In this document: piece after piece, positions 55,723 through 64,000 of the stretch
How the letters are laid out: each line of letters starts with the position of its first letter
Numbering within the stretch: position 1 is the first letter of the stretch
NCBI GenBank assembly: GCA_964630695.1
Contig: CAZVYZ010000002.1
Location: forward strand, 8,951-72,950
Source of the DNA: an uncultured Ruminococcus sp.
GTDB lineage: Bacteria; Bacillota; Clostridia; Oscillospirales; CAG-272
Direction of reading: 5' to 3'
DNA: 64,000 nucleotides
The notes under the pieces: generated by a model
Seen by the model: only the letters and a program-made list of their open reading frames with translations
Told to the model about the DNA's origin: nothing
Database searches by the model: none
Program-made: the position numbers and the translations under genes

Positions 55723-56126
55723 TTCTTTTCCTCTTTCCTGCTGACGATAACATTCAGCGTTCCTCCGCCGGAATTCAACTCCACATTGGCTTTCTCGTCC
55801 TTTTCTCTGTACCCGTGATTTGCCGCAAGCAGGAACTTTGCAAAGCCGGGATCAAATACCCGTGTCAACCCGCCGTTGATCAACATCCGCTCCTGTATCC
55901 GCATGGCTTCCACGAAAGCCGTTGCAAAGTCATCATGCTCTCTGACCCAAGCGCAACAGGCATCGGTATATGTCCCAATGCTTTGAGCGAACCGTTGCAG
56001 TGTCGGCACGCCCACTTCCTCGCCCTCCGAATAATGCCTGAAGAACTCCAACAGCTTCCCGGCATACTCCGGATTGTAATCTGACTTTGCCCTGACCACA
56101 TTCCGAGACCCCTTTGGTCTCCCCAT
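55719..56126 (-). CDS. terS: Probable terminase small subunit
   Basis: Start at MGRPKGSRN, 135 aa with an HTH-like N-terminus. 4-nt overlap with the terL start. Confidence 0.6.
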   Translation of the reverse strand: MGRPKGSRNVVRAKSDYNPEYAGKLLEFFRHYSEGEEVGVPTLQRFAQSIGTYTDACCAWVREHDDFATAFVEAMRIQERMLINGGLTRVFDPGFAKFLLAANHGYREKDEKANVELNSGGGTLNVIVSRKEEKK

Positions 56127-56453
56127 GCTCTCACATCCTTTCACGCGCGTAATGATCGAAAAATACTCTGTTTTTATTATTTTACAGGGATAACAGGTAT
56201 AAAAAAAGCCCCGATTGGTTCAAAATCGGGGGTAAATGGTTCAACTTTTCGTATTTTCAGAGTATTTCATGGAAAAAGAAAAAGGACACCGAAGCAGGTG
56301 TCCTTCAATCGCGACTTTGGATTTTCGATGTAACAAAAAATGTAACAAAACGAGTCAAAATCGGTGTAAATCAGTGTAACACGGAAGCAGAGAACCACAA
56401 TATCTTGTTTTGCAAGCGCGCATTATTAACAAGATATTGTGGTTTCCGGATAT

Positions 56454-56844
56454 TGGTGGAAGTGATGGGAATCGAACCCATGTCCGAAAACCCCTTGACA
56501 CAACTTTCTTCGTGGACAGTCTGTTCTTTATTCTTCCCGTTCAGAGACGCGAGCAGACACGCTTCCCCTCACGGTAGCACCTTTTTTCCTGACCGGTTCA
56601 GGCGCGACCGCCGATGCAGGTTCACCGCTCATTTGACGCTCAGTCCCAAGCCGCGGTACTCATGGGAGGAACGGGTGACCCGCAGGTCACGGCACTGCTT
56701 GAATTTTACGCTTTCGCGTAAAACTCAGGCAGCCATAGCAACAGTATCGTTGTCGTTTATTATTTGTTTTGGGCAGTTTTCGAGTTTACCCGGCTCGCCA
56801 CGCTTATCATGCCTCAGAATCCCCGTCGAAACCTTTACACCCCC
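56454..56844 (-). ncRNA. ssrA: tmRNA (SsrA)
   Basis: Minus strand 5' GGGGGTGTAAAGGTTTCGACGGGG ... GGGTTCGATTCCCATCACTTCCACCA 3'. Internal tag frame ...AAC GAC AAC GAT ACT GTT GCT ATG GCT GCC TGA (NDNDTVAMAA-stop). smpB lies 850 nt upstream. Confidence 0.9.
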
Positions 56845-56882
56845 ATATTTCATGATTTGACCGTTTTCTTCGGTTCCATTCC

Positions 56883-56911
56883 ATTATACACCCTTTTCCC
56901 GCTTTTGTCAA
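56883..56911 (-). promoter_or_regulatory. ssrA promoter
   Basis: Minus strand: TTGACA (56906-56911), 17-nt spacer, TATAAT (56883-56888). It overlaps the stop of the HAD gene and leaves a ~30-nt leader before the mature 5' end. Confidence 0.65.
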
Positions 56912-57678
56912 GAGAAAAGCGCGGGAAAATAGTGTCTTACGCCCTCCGCAACACCGTATTCGGTCTTTGCGCGGTAACTTGCCAACGCTTCCAGTTCCTT
57001 TGGCGACCCTTTCATGCTCACCGCCTTTCCCGTATAGGCAAACGCGGCGAGGTCGTTGAGGCTATCGCCGAACGCGATACACTGTCCTCGCTCAATCCCG
57101 TACCGCTCGCAGAAATCCCGCAGGATTGCCCCCTTATCCAGCCCTTTCGGAAACAGTTCCAGATAGGTTTTCTGGTCGACAACGTGAATCCCCTCCGTCG
57201 GTTCTCCCTCCACGGTTGTCACGCCGACCGACAGTTTCATCAACGTCTGTCCGTCCGTCAGCATACGGTATGCTTCCAGAAACGCCTGCTTTTTCGCTTC
57301 CGTGAGCGGCAGGCTTTCCTTATTGAACAGAAACTGTTGGTTTTCCTTATCGCATTCCACGTTAACCCATGCGCCCCGCTCCATTGCCGAGCAGAACCAT
57401 GCCTCGCATTCTGCGGGGTCCATTTTTCCCAACACCCGGCGCTCCCCACGGTATGTATAGTCCGCGCCGCCGTACAACTCTCCATCCCAGTCAACGCCTT
57501 GATTCTGCGGATTCGCGAAATCCAGTCCGCCACGCGAACGACCCGTGTTGAGTATCACCTGATGTCCCGCTTTCCTGACGGTTGCAAGCGCTTTGCGGAC
57601 ACTTTGCGGAATCTCTCCGCGCAGAAAAACGGTTCCGTCAAAATCAAGAAAAAGATAACAGGTTTTGCTTGTGTCCAT
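56908..57678 (-). CDS. HAD-superfamily (Cof-type) phosphatase
   Basis: Start at MDTSKTCYLFLDFDGTVF (DxDGT motif), 256 aa. C-terminal FGDSLNDL. Confidence 0.85.
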   Translation of the reverse strand: MDTSKTCYLFLDFDGTVFLRGEIPQSVRKALATVRKAGHQVILNTGRSRGGLDFANPQNQGVDWDGELYGGADYTYRGERRVLGKMDPAECEAWFCSAMERGAWVNVECDKENQQFLFNKESLPLTEAKKQAFLEAYRMLTDGQTLMKLSVGVTTVEGEPTEGIHVVDQKTYLELFPKGLDKGAILRDFCERYGIERGQCIAFGDSLNDLAAFAYTGKAVSMKGSPKELEALASYRAKTEYGVAEGVRHYFPALFS

Positions 57679-57691
57679 GCTCGTGTCTCCG

Positions 57692-58171
57692 TTACGATCC
57701 TTCGTATTTTCTGTCCTTGAGGTGGCGGTCGATGTCCCGGTTCGCCTGCCGTTCGGCATCCGACTCCCGCTTATCGTAAAGTTTCTTGCCGCGGCAAAGT
57801 CCCAACTCTGCCTTGACGTAGCCCCCCGAAAAATAGAGCGACAGCGGCACAAGGGTATACCCTTTTTGCTGAATCAGCCCTTGCAGTTTCATGATCTCCC
57901 GCCGGTGCATGAGCAGTTTTTTGTCCCGCAACGGTTCATGGTTGTAGCGGTTTCCCTGTTCGTAGGGGCTGATATGGACCCCGACCGCAAACAACTCGCC
58001 CCCCGTGACCTCGCAATAGGAGTCCTTGAGGTTCACTCTCCCCTGTCGGATGCTCTTGATTTCGGTCCCCGTCAGGACGACCCCTGCCTCATATTTTTCC
58101 TCCACGAAATAATCGTGCCATGCTTTCTTGTTCTGCGCAATCATCTTCTGCGCTTTTTTTACTTCCGCCAT
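57692..58171 (-). CDS. smpB: SsrA-binding protein
   Basis: 159 aa with IAQNKKAWHDYFVEEKYEAGVVLTGTEIKSIR, the canonical SmpB pattern. Confidence 0.95.
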   Translation of the reverse strand: MAEVKKAQKMIAQNKKAWHDYFVEEKYEAGVVLTGTEIKSIRQGRVNLKDSYCEVTGGELFAVGVHISPYEQGNRYNHEPLRDKKLLMHRREIMKLQGLIQQKGYTLVPLSLYFSGGYVKAELGLCRGKKLYDKRESDAERQANRDIDRHLKDRKYEGS

Positions 58172-58181
58172 GCCGTCCCCC

Positions 58182-58478
58182 TCAGGATTTCCGATTGTTA
58201 AAGAAAATTTCTTCGTCCGGAAAGAAGAGATTCCAGAATTTTCTCGCCATCCGAACGATGTACCCCTCGTCCTTGTTTGCCTCGGTCAACTCTTTCAGTT
58301 CCTCTTTTTCATCGGTCAGTTCGTTTCTCGTCTGCTCCAGTTCTTCTTTCTGCTTGCTCAGTTCATTGTACCGCATGACGCTGCTGACGAATACCACGAT
58401 GGACACGACCACGAGAACCGCGAGAAAGATTCTGACCATCAGGCTCAGGCTGAATTGTTTTTTCCTTGTTTTTGCCAT
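58182..58478 (-). CDS. divIC: Septum formation initiator (FtsB/DivIC family)
   Basis: Start at MAKTRKKQFSL, with one TM then a coiled coil (ELSKQKEELEQTRNELTDEKEELKEL). Its position after yabQ matches Bacillus. Confidence 0.7.
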   Translation of the reverse strand: MAKTRKKQFSLSLMVRIFLAVLVVVSIVVFVSSVMRYNELSKQKEELEQTRNELTDEKEELKELTEANKDEGYIVRMARKFWNLFFPDEEIFFNNRKS

Positions 58479-59025
58479 CCTGCTCCGCCTCCTCGGCTTT
58501 TTGCAATTTTCCGAATTCCGTTTTCGTATAATGCGCCCGCTCGCGCCGTTCATACGCAAGTCTGCCACGCCGCGCAAGCACCGCCGCGCCCTTTACGGGG
58601 AGGGCGGCGAAGTGGCAGATATAGCGGACCGCGACTTCCAGAAGAAAGCCGACCAACGCCGCCACCCGCAGGGCAAGCCTGCCGAAACTGACGTGAAACG
58701 CGCCGAATCCCGCCGCAATCAGCGCGAGAGCGGGGACCCGTATTTTTCCGTCAAACGCCTCGTAAAACAGGAGAACCGCCGCAACGCCCGCAATCAGACA
58801 AAAAAGGAAGTCCTCTAAAAAAATCAGCACCGCCGTGGCACGGCGTTTTTTCGGCTCGGGCAGAACACCCAGAATCGGCAGTTTCCGCCGTCTCAGCCCA
58901 ATCGGCGGTACGCTCCCCGGGAGCAGTCTCGTCAGGCGCAGGCAGTCATACACCGCGCCGAGAAACACCCCCGTGAGAAACGACCACAGATACAGCCACG
59001 CGATTGCCGTTTGCGACAGATACAC
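58363..59025 (-). CDS. yabQ: Spore cortex biosynthesis protein YabQ
   Basis: Membrane ORF immediately after yabP. N-terminus MYLSQTAIAWLYLWSFLTGVFLGAVYD. The 3' end overlaps divIC, so the true stop region is uncertain. Confidence 0.65.
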   Translation of the reverse strand: MYLSQTAIAWLYLWSFLTGVFLGAVYDCLRLTRLLPGSVPPIGLRRRKLPILGVLPEPKKRRATAVLIFLEDFLFCLIAGVAAVLLFYEAFDGKIRVPALALIAAGFGAFHVSFGRLALRVAALVGFLLEVAVRYICHFAALPVKGAAVLARRGRLAYERRERAHYTKTEFGKLQKAEEAEQDGKNKEKTIQPEPDGQNLSRGSRGRVHRGIRQQRHAVQ

Positions 59026-59027
59026 GG

Positions 59028-59312
59028 TCAGTGAAAGAGTTTGGCGAACAGCCCGCGCTTCTCATTGTCCGCCGCAGTCGGCTCTTCGTACAGCAGACTG
59101 TCAACCACACCGTCCACGCTGACATGCCCCGAATCAAGGTCCAGCACGCGAACGTGCAGTCCCTTTCCCTCCACCGTCAGCATCCCCGCACTTGTGGAGA
59201 ACACCGCACTTTCCTCGTCAAATCGCACCACGTCCTCCACGCCGCCCAACTCCAATACCTTGCGGTCGGTCAGCGACACCGTTTGAATCAGTCCGGACCT
59301 CTCTTGGTTCAT
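59028..59312 (-). CDS. yabP: Sporulation protein YabP
   Basis: Start at MNQERSGL with a GAGGGAGGGG RBS, 94 aa. LTDRKVLELGGVEDVVRFDEESAVFSTSAGMLTVEGKGLHV. Confidence 0.85.
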   Translation of the reverse strand: MNQERSGLIQTVSLTDRKVLELGGVEDVVRFDEESAVFSTSAGMLTVEGKGLHVRVLDLDSGHVSVDGVVDSLLYEEPTAADNEKRGLFAKLFH

Positions 59313-59920
59313 CTCTTTCCCCTCCCTCATCGGGCGTTTTCGCCCCATTGTACCTAACTATATGAGAGATGGGGCTTGTTCTATTCCGATGGGGATGCGT
59401 TGGGGAAACTTCTTGAAAGGAAGTTAACGCTTCGCTACTGACGGTTGCAAGCAACCGTCATTCCCCAAGCCCTTTCAAGAACTTTCAACGCATTTATGGA
59501 GTGGGTGCGAATATGGTGCCTCTGAATTTCGGTAATTCCGCAAGCACTCGTCCTTACGTGAGTGCCGAGATTCCGCCTGCCGGCGCCCCTGCGGGGTTCG
59601 ACTCCGCGGCGATTGTTAATTTCAGCGTTTGTCCTCGCGCATCGGTGCCGCTCCGCTCAGAATGACACAGTGGGCTGATTGTTGCGTATGTGGTGCAACA
59701 TGAGTCGATTATAGTAACATTCAACCGAAGCGGAACGACCCGCGTGTCATTCCGCCCCAATCATTAACTAACCTGAACTCTTTCTATCCGGTAGCGGAGA
59801 GAGACGATAGTCGTACAAATCCCGCTTGACGGGATTTGGCTCGGAGCAGCCGGAATTCGTAGCACATAAGCGGCTACAGAAAAATCCGAACCACCTAAAC
59901 AGAGGGGTAAAATCCCCTTG

Positions 59921-59995
59921 TGTAAAGTTCTTGAAAGTCTTGAAAACTTCTTTCAAGAAGTTTTCAAGTAGGGTTCGGGGCAAAGCCCTGAGGTC
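59921..59995. repeat. Palindrome-rich intergenic element, family A (copy 2)
   Basis: Matches the reverse complement of 6339-6414. Hairpins GAAAACTTCT..AGAAGTTTTC and GGGC..GCCC. Confidence 0.7.
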
Positions 59996-60001
59996 CTGAC
60001 C

Positions 60002-60241
60002 CTAGATTACCTCGTAAAGCCCCGCCGCGTCAGCCTTTGCGGTGTAGTCTTTGACGCTCAGAACGCGGACTTTCAGAACCCGCTCGCCGAACGTAATCTC
60101 CAGAACGTCGCCCTCTTTCACATCGTAGGACGCCTTGGCGGGTCTGCCGTTGACCGTCACGTGCGCGGCATCGCAGGCATCGTTTGCAACGGTGCGCCGC
60201 TTGATAATGCGCGATACTTTTAAGTATTTATCCAACCTCAT
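60002..60241 (-). CDS. yabO: S4-domain RNA-binding protein (YabO/HslR-like)
   Basis: 79 aa: [36 protein letters not shown]. Confidence 0.85.
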   Translation of the reverse strand: MRLDKYLKVSRIIKRRTVANDACDAAHVTVNGRPAKASYDVKEGDVLEITFGERVLKVRVLSVKDYTAKADAAGLYEVI

Positions 60242-60313
60242 AAAGAATCCTCTCCGTTTCGGACTTTGTTACTTTTATTCTATCACAGGATTGCCCGAAA
60301 AGCAAGACTTTTT

Positions 60314-61036
60314 TCAAATGTTCACCGAGTTTTCGGTATTTTCAACCTCTTTTATCACCTGCTCGACCGCGCCGCCGAGACTTTCCTCCGCATCGGCACC
60401 GCAAACCGCCGCCAACCGGCAAAGGTCAAACAGGACCCGCCCGAGTTCCGCCGTGTCCCCCGTTGCAAGCGCAGGCAAAGCCGCGGCAATCTCTCCGGTC
60501 AGGTCCGCAGGACTTGTCCCGTCCGCTAACCCCGCCTTTTTCGCAATCTTCTGCGCACGCATCAGCGCGGGAAGCATCGCGGGAACCGCACGCAGACGGG
60601 AGGAGAGCGTCCCCCGCCCTTTCTCCGTAATCTTCCGCGCCTCCCAGCGCGCCAATGCCTCGTCCGCATCGGTCGGCTCCTCGTCGCCGAATACCTGCGG
60701 GTGACGGTCAATCATCTTCCGCGCGTTGCCGTCCACTACGTCGCCGATGGTGAAACCGCCCCGCTCCGCTTCCAGTTGCGCGTGAAAGACCGCCTGAAAC
60801 AACAGGTCCCCCAATTCCTCGCAAAGCAGAGCGGAATCGTTTTTGTCAATCGCTTCCACCACCTCGTACGCTTCCTCAATCGCGCAGTTCCGAATACTCG
60901 CGTGGGTCTGCGCACGGTCCCATGGACAGCCGCCCTCCCCGCGCAAGACCCGCACGATTGCACACAGGTCGTCGAAATCAAACCGTTCTTTCTTCGACAG
61001 TTCTTTTGCCGTTTCGTTCATGACGTCCCTTTTCAT
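60314..61036 (-). CDS. mazG: MazG-family nucleoside triphosphate pyrophosphohydrolase
   Basis: 240 aa with GCPWDRAQTHASIRNCAIEEAYEVVEAID and EELGDLLFQ. The start codon is uncertain because of the overlap with the upstream gene. Confidence 0.85.
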   Translation of the reverse strand: MKRDVMNETAKELSKKERFDFDDLCAIVRVLRGEGGCPWDRAQTHASIRNCAIEEAYEVVEAIDKNDSALLCEELGDLLFQAVFHAQLEAERGGFTIGDVVDGNARKMIDRHPQVFGDEEPTDADEALARWEARKITEKGRGTLSSRLRAVPAMLPALMRAQKIAKKAGLADGTSPADLTGEIAAALPALATGDTAELGRVLFDLCRLAAVCGADAEESLGGAVEQVIKEVENTENSVNI

Positions 61037-62681
61037 CCTTTCCCTGCCGCGGCAGAAGCCTGCACGCGGTCAATATCCGGCACAACTTCTCCCCCGCCGG
61101 CAAGAGCATTACGTCCTCCCGCCCGATTCCGCCGCAAAGGCAACCGAACACGGGATACAGCACCACACAGCCAATCAGCGCCCCGAGTGTCAGGAGCGCG
61201 CGCTCCCCTGCCGAACGCGTGAGAAGCCGATAGCACACGCCGCACAGACCAACCGACAGCACCGCCGCGACAAGCGGCTTTGCAAAGGTCCCGCCGAGTT
61301 TCTTCACCCGACACAAACGGGCGGCAAACGAGAGATTCATCCCCACAACCACCGCGTCGCAGAGAAACGTACTGATGGGCGCGCCGAGAAGCCCGACCGT
61401 CGGTGAGCCGATGAGAACGTATGCAACCGCAATTTTGACTGCCGCGCCCGCAAGAAGCGAGAGAATCGGCTTTGTGACCGCGCGATAAGCATGAAGCACC
61501 GAATTGGTCGTTCCAATCATGCAGGAAAGAAAGACCGACGGTCCCAGAAGCGCCAGAAGCGGCGCCGCCTGCGCGACCGCCTCGGGTTCCCTGCCGAACA
61601 GAAGCGACAGAATCGGATGCGCGAACATCGCAAGTCCGAGCGAGGCGGGAAGCGAAATAATGGCGGTCAGACGGTAGGATGCACGAATCAGCGCGCTCTG
61701 ACGGTCACGGTCGCCCGCGGCGATGGCGGAGGACAGAAGCGGCACAAGCGGAAGCGCAACCGAGGACAACAGCGTCGGCACCAACGCGTAAACCGAAAGC
61801 GCCAGCGTCGTGTAACTCCCGTACGCCGCGTTTGCCGCAATCTCGCTGTACCCGACGCTCCGCAACCGACGCAGAATCATCGTCATGTCAATCAGTTTGG
61901 TCAGACTGACCGCAGACGCGCCGACCGTCATCGGAAGTGCCAATTTTCCCAACTGACGCAAGGTCCCGCGTCCGCGCGGCACACGGTCTTTCTCCACCGC
62001 CCGCGGGCGAAGCCGTAAAAACTCGGCAACGAGATAAAACGTGGAGAACAGGGTCCCGAGCGTCAGTCCCACGCCCGCCATTGCGGCAATCGAGGGAACG
62101 CCCCAACCGCGCTCGGCGGCAACGTCTGCCAGCACCAGTCCGAATGCCAGTTTTCCAACCGCCTCAATCAGTTGCGAAACGGCAGTGGGCGCCATTTTCT
62201 GATGTCCCTGGAACCAACCGCGGATTGCCGAGGAAACGCAGATGAGAAACACCGTCGGGCTGATTGACAGGATACACCCGTAGGCATTTCCGCTCCGAAT
62301 CAGGCGGCAGAACAGCGGTGCCAAAAGCACCATAACGCCGCTCCCGAGCGCGCCGATGCCGAGGAAAACACCCAGAGACGTGCGGAAAATCCGTGCGGCG
62401 CCGCGTTCATCTCCATCTGCCAGCGCCGCCGAGACCAGAACCGACAGCGCCACGGGCAATCCCGCCGTGCTGATGACGCAGAAAAGCGCGTAAATCTCAT
62501 ACGCCGACTGAAAATACCCCATGCCCTCGGCGCCGAGGTAGGAAAGCATGGGGATTTTATAGAGTAAACCGAGAATTTTGACCGACACGGTGGAAAGTGT
62601 GAGCGCAAACACGCCCGATAAAAAGGTTCGTTCGGTTGTTCTTTCCTGTTCCGCCATGTCCGTCTCCGCTCCCTTACTCAA
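60978..62681 (-). CDS. MOP-superfamily flippase (YabM/SpoVB-like polysaccharide or lipid II transporter)
   Basis: 567 aa with about 14 TM segments. Start overlaps the upstream stop (ATGA-type coupling). Synteny with mazG is as in Bacillus yabM-yabN. Confidence 0.8.
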   Translation of the reverse strand: MSKGAETDMAEQERTTERTFLSGVFALTLSTVSVKILGLLYKIPMLSYLGAEGMGYFQSAYEIYALFCVISTAGLPVALSVLVSAALADGDERGAARIFRTSLGVFLGIGALGSGVMVLLAPLFCRLIRSGNAYGCILSISPTVFLICVSSAIRGWFQGHQKMAPTAVSQLIEAVGKLAFGLVLADVAAERGWGVPSIAAMAGVGLTLGTLFSTFYLVAEFLRLRPRAVEKDRVPRGRGTLRQLGKLALPMTVGASAVSLTKLIDMTMILRRLRSVGYSEIAANAAYGSYTTLALSVYALVPTLLSSVALPLVPLLSSAIAAGDRDRQSALIRASYRLTAIISLPASLGLAMFAHPILSLLFGREPEAVAQAAPLLALLGPSVFLSCMIGTTNSVLHAYRAVTKPILSLLAGAAVKIAVAYVLIGSPTVGLLGAPISTFLCDAVVVGMNLSFAARLCRVKKLGGTFAKPLVAAVLSVGLCGVCYRLLTRSAGERALLTLGALIGCVVLYPVFGCLCGGIGREDVMLLPAGEKLCRILTACRLLPRQGKDEKGRHERNGKRTVEERTV

Positions 62682-63970
62682 TCAAAGTAATGAGCAAAGG
62701 TCTCGCGACAATCGAAGCGCAACCGTTCCTCATCAATGGAAGTATACTCGCCATTGCGGAAAAGTATGCGTCCGTCAACCATGGTCATTTTTACATCGGT
62801 TGCCTGCGCGCTGAACGCCAGCATCGCGTAGTCGTCATAATCCGGCAGATTGTGCAATCCGTTCCGGTCAATCAGGATCAGGTCGGCACGGTAGCCCGGT
62901 TCGACCCTGCCGCAATCGCGTCTGCCCTGTGCCCGCATCCCGTTTTCCGTTGCCATCGGGACCAGCTCCGCGGCGCGGAGCTCGGTGGGATTGTTGGTCA
63001 CACCCTTGTGGATCAGCGCGGCGGTCTGGAGCTCCCGCAGGATATCCAGACGGTTATTGGAGGCGGCACCGTCGGTTCCCAGCGCGACATTCACGCCGGC
63101 ATCCAGCAGCTTCCGCACCGGCGCGACCCCGCTTCCGAGCTTAAGATTGCTCACGGGATTGTGCGCAACGGTCACGCCCTTCTCACGCAGGATCGCAATG
63201 TCACTGTCGGTGACCCATACACAGTGCGCGGCAGTTGTCGGCACCTCAAATACGCCGGTATCGCGGAAGAACTCCGCCGGGGTTTTCCCCCATCGCGCCA
63301 GGCACTCCTCCTGCTCCCGCCGGGTCTCCGAAAGATGGATCTGCATCCCGGTATGGAGGCGCTCCGCCAGCGTTGCGACATACTCGCAGGCTTTGGGAAC
63401 GTTGGTATACTCCGCATGCAGGGAGAAATCGATGAGAAGCCGGTTGTCGTCGCTCCCCTGATACCACTCGGCAAGCCGGATCGCCTCGACCGTGCGCGCC
63501 TCCTTCCCCATATCGACCTCCGGGTCAAAGGAAACGAGCGAGCGCGACAGATTCGCCTTGATGCCGGTTGCAAGCACCGCCTCGGCGACCGCATCCTCAA
63601 ACATATACATATCCGAAAAGGACGCGATTCCGTTCCGCAGCATTTCGGCGATCGCCAGCATGGAGGCGTGGTAAACACTGCGGAAGGTCAGCTTTTCCTC
63701 CGCAGGAAAGATCTTTTTCTCCAGCCAGTCCTGAAGCGGCAGATCCTCGCCGTAGCCACGGAACAGCGTCATGGCGGCATGGCAATGGGCATTGCAGAAC
63801 GCCGGCATCAGCAGATCTCCCGCACAGTCGATCACCTCATCCGCGTGTGCGGACGCGGGGAGCTCCTCGGAGATTCCCGTGATCTTCCGGTTTTTCACGG
63901 TAACATGGACAAGCCGGTCTCCGAACCCGTATTCCGGCAGGAGCGTTGCGTTTTTCAGTATTGTTTTCAT
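62678..63970 (-). CDS. mtaD: Amidohydrolase, 5-methylthioadenosine/S-adenosylhomocysteine deaminase-like
   Basis: 430 aa with PAFCNAHCHAAMTLFRG (HxH metal site), a later HLSE motif and TDGAASNN. Confidence 0.8.
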   Translation of the reverse strand: MKTILKNATLLPEYGFGDRLVHVTVKNRKITGISEELPASAHADEVIDCAGDLLMPAFCNAHCHAAMTLFRGYGEDLPLQDWLEKKIFPAEEKLTFRSVYHASMLAIAEMLRNGIASFSDMYMFEDAVAEAVLATGIKANLSRSLVSFDPEVDMGKEARTVEAIRLAEWYQGSDDNRLLIDFSLHAEYTNVPKACEYVATLAERLHTGMQIHLSETRREQEECLARWGKTPAEFFRDTGVFEVPTTAAHCVWVTDSDIAILREKGVTVAHNPVSNLKLGSGVAPVRKLLDAGVNVALGTDGAASNNRLDILRELQTAALIHKGVTNNPTELRAAELVPMATENGMRAQGRRDCGRVEPGYRADLILIDRNGLHNLPDYDDYAMLAFSAQATDVKMTMVDGRILFRNGEYTSIDEERLRFDCRETFAHYFD

Positions 63971-64000
63971 ATTCAGATGAATTCCTTATACAGTGATTCG

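Larger units (their letters stand above)
45799..56453. mobile_element. Composite prophage remnant integrated at the ssrA 3' end
   Basis: Bounded by att remnant 2 and the intact tmRNA. The AT-rich left part holds the integrase, cI/cro switch and early genes. The GC-richer right part holds TerS-TerL-portal on the opposite strand. No tail or lysis genes are present. Confidence 0.75.

Noticed and set aside
56405-56860. 151-aa plus-strand ORF (TTG start).
   Set aside because: It is entirely antisense to the tmRNA gene, whose 5' and 3' ends and tag frame are clearly readable.
59585-59612. tRNA-like T-arm (GCGGGGTTCGACTCCGC) that might signal a tRNA gene.
   Set aside because: No matching acceptor stem, anticodon arm or D-arm could be assembled from the ~70 nt on either side. 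It is treated as part of the repeat-rich gap.

Overview
This 64-kb chromosomal window comes from a high-GC, endospore-forming Clostridia-type Firmicute. It carries yabO-yabP-yabQ-divIC, ytvI, a yabM/spoVB-like flippase and mazG, and most genes are on the minus strand. The left flank (1-6.3 kb) holds a csoR-copA copper operon with readable CsoR operators, ytvI, a cyclophilin lipoprotein and a GH109-like oxidoreductase. At 6.6-13.4 kb there is an operon of large surface proteins and lipoproteins (beta-helix, four CHB_HEX_C-type repeats, and an unassigned module ending in IDY[IV]GFF) with an embedded 50-aa sORF. At 15.9-21.4 kb there is a decayed conjugative-element (T4SS) remnant. It is interrupted by a visibly AT-rich ~3-kb islet with two tandem BspA-type LRR lipoprotein paralogs and an XRE regulator. 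At 21.9-44.1 kb there is a glycan-utilisation block: LacI, ROK kinase, SIS isomerase, two Gfo/Idh/MocA, two SGNH esterases, a CE7 esterase, DUF4091, a GLUG protein, a GH2 mannosidase-like enzyme, GH28 and a clan-D alpha-galactosidase-like enzyme. This block also holds several gene fragments and a second member of the sORF family, and it is bracketed by a 144-bp direct repeat. At 44.4-56.45 kb, mobile DNA is stacked at the 3' end of the tmRNA gene. It includes two decayed copies of the ssrA 3' end, an integrase, a cI/cro switch, a moron-like nuclease, a hexapeptide-repeat protein, and an oppositely oriented TerS-TerL-portal module. The most notable observation is that the terminase large-subunit gene is fractured into two ORFs by a split intein (102-aa IntN, 36-aa IntC), with a free-standing HNH endonuclease gene lying between the halves in a third frame. 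The right flank holds ssrA, a HAD hydrolase, smpB, divIC, yabQ, yabP, a 650-nt ORF-free repeat-rich gap, yabO, mazG, a MOP flippase and an mtaD-like deaminase. No rRNA, tRNA or CRISPR array was seen. Internal start codons were placed by arithmetic on the ORF track, so small motif coordinates may be off by 1 nt. All family names rest on motifs read in the translations and on recollection of those families, not on database searches.
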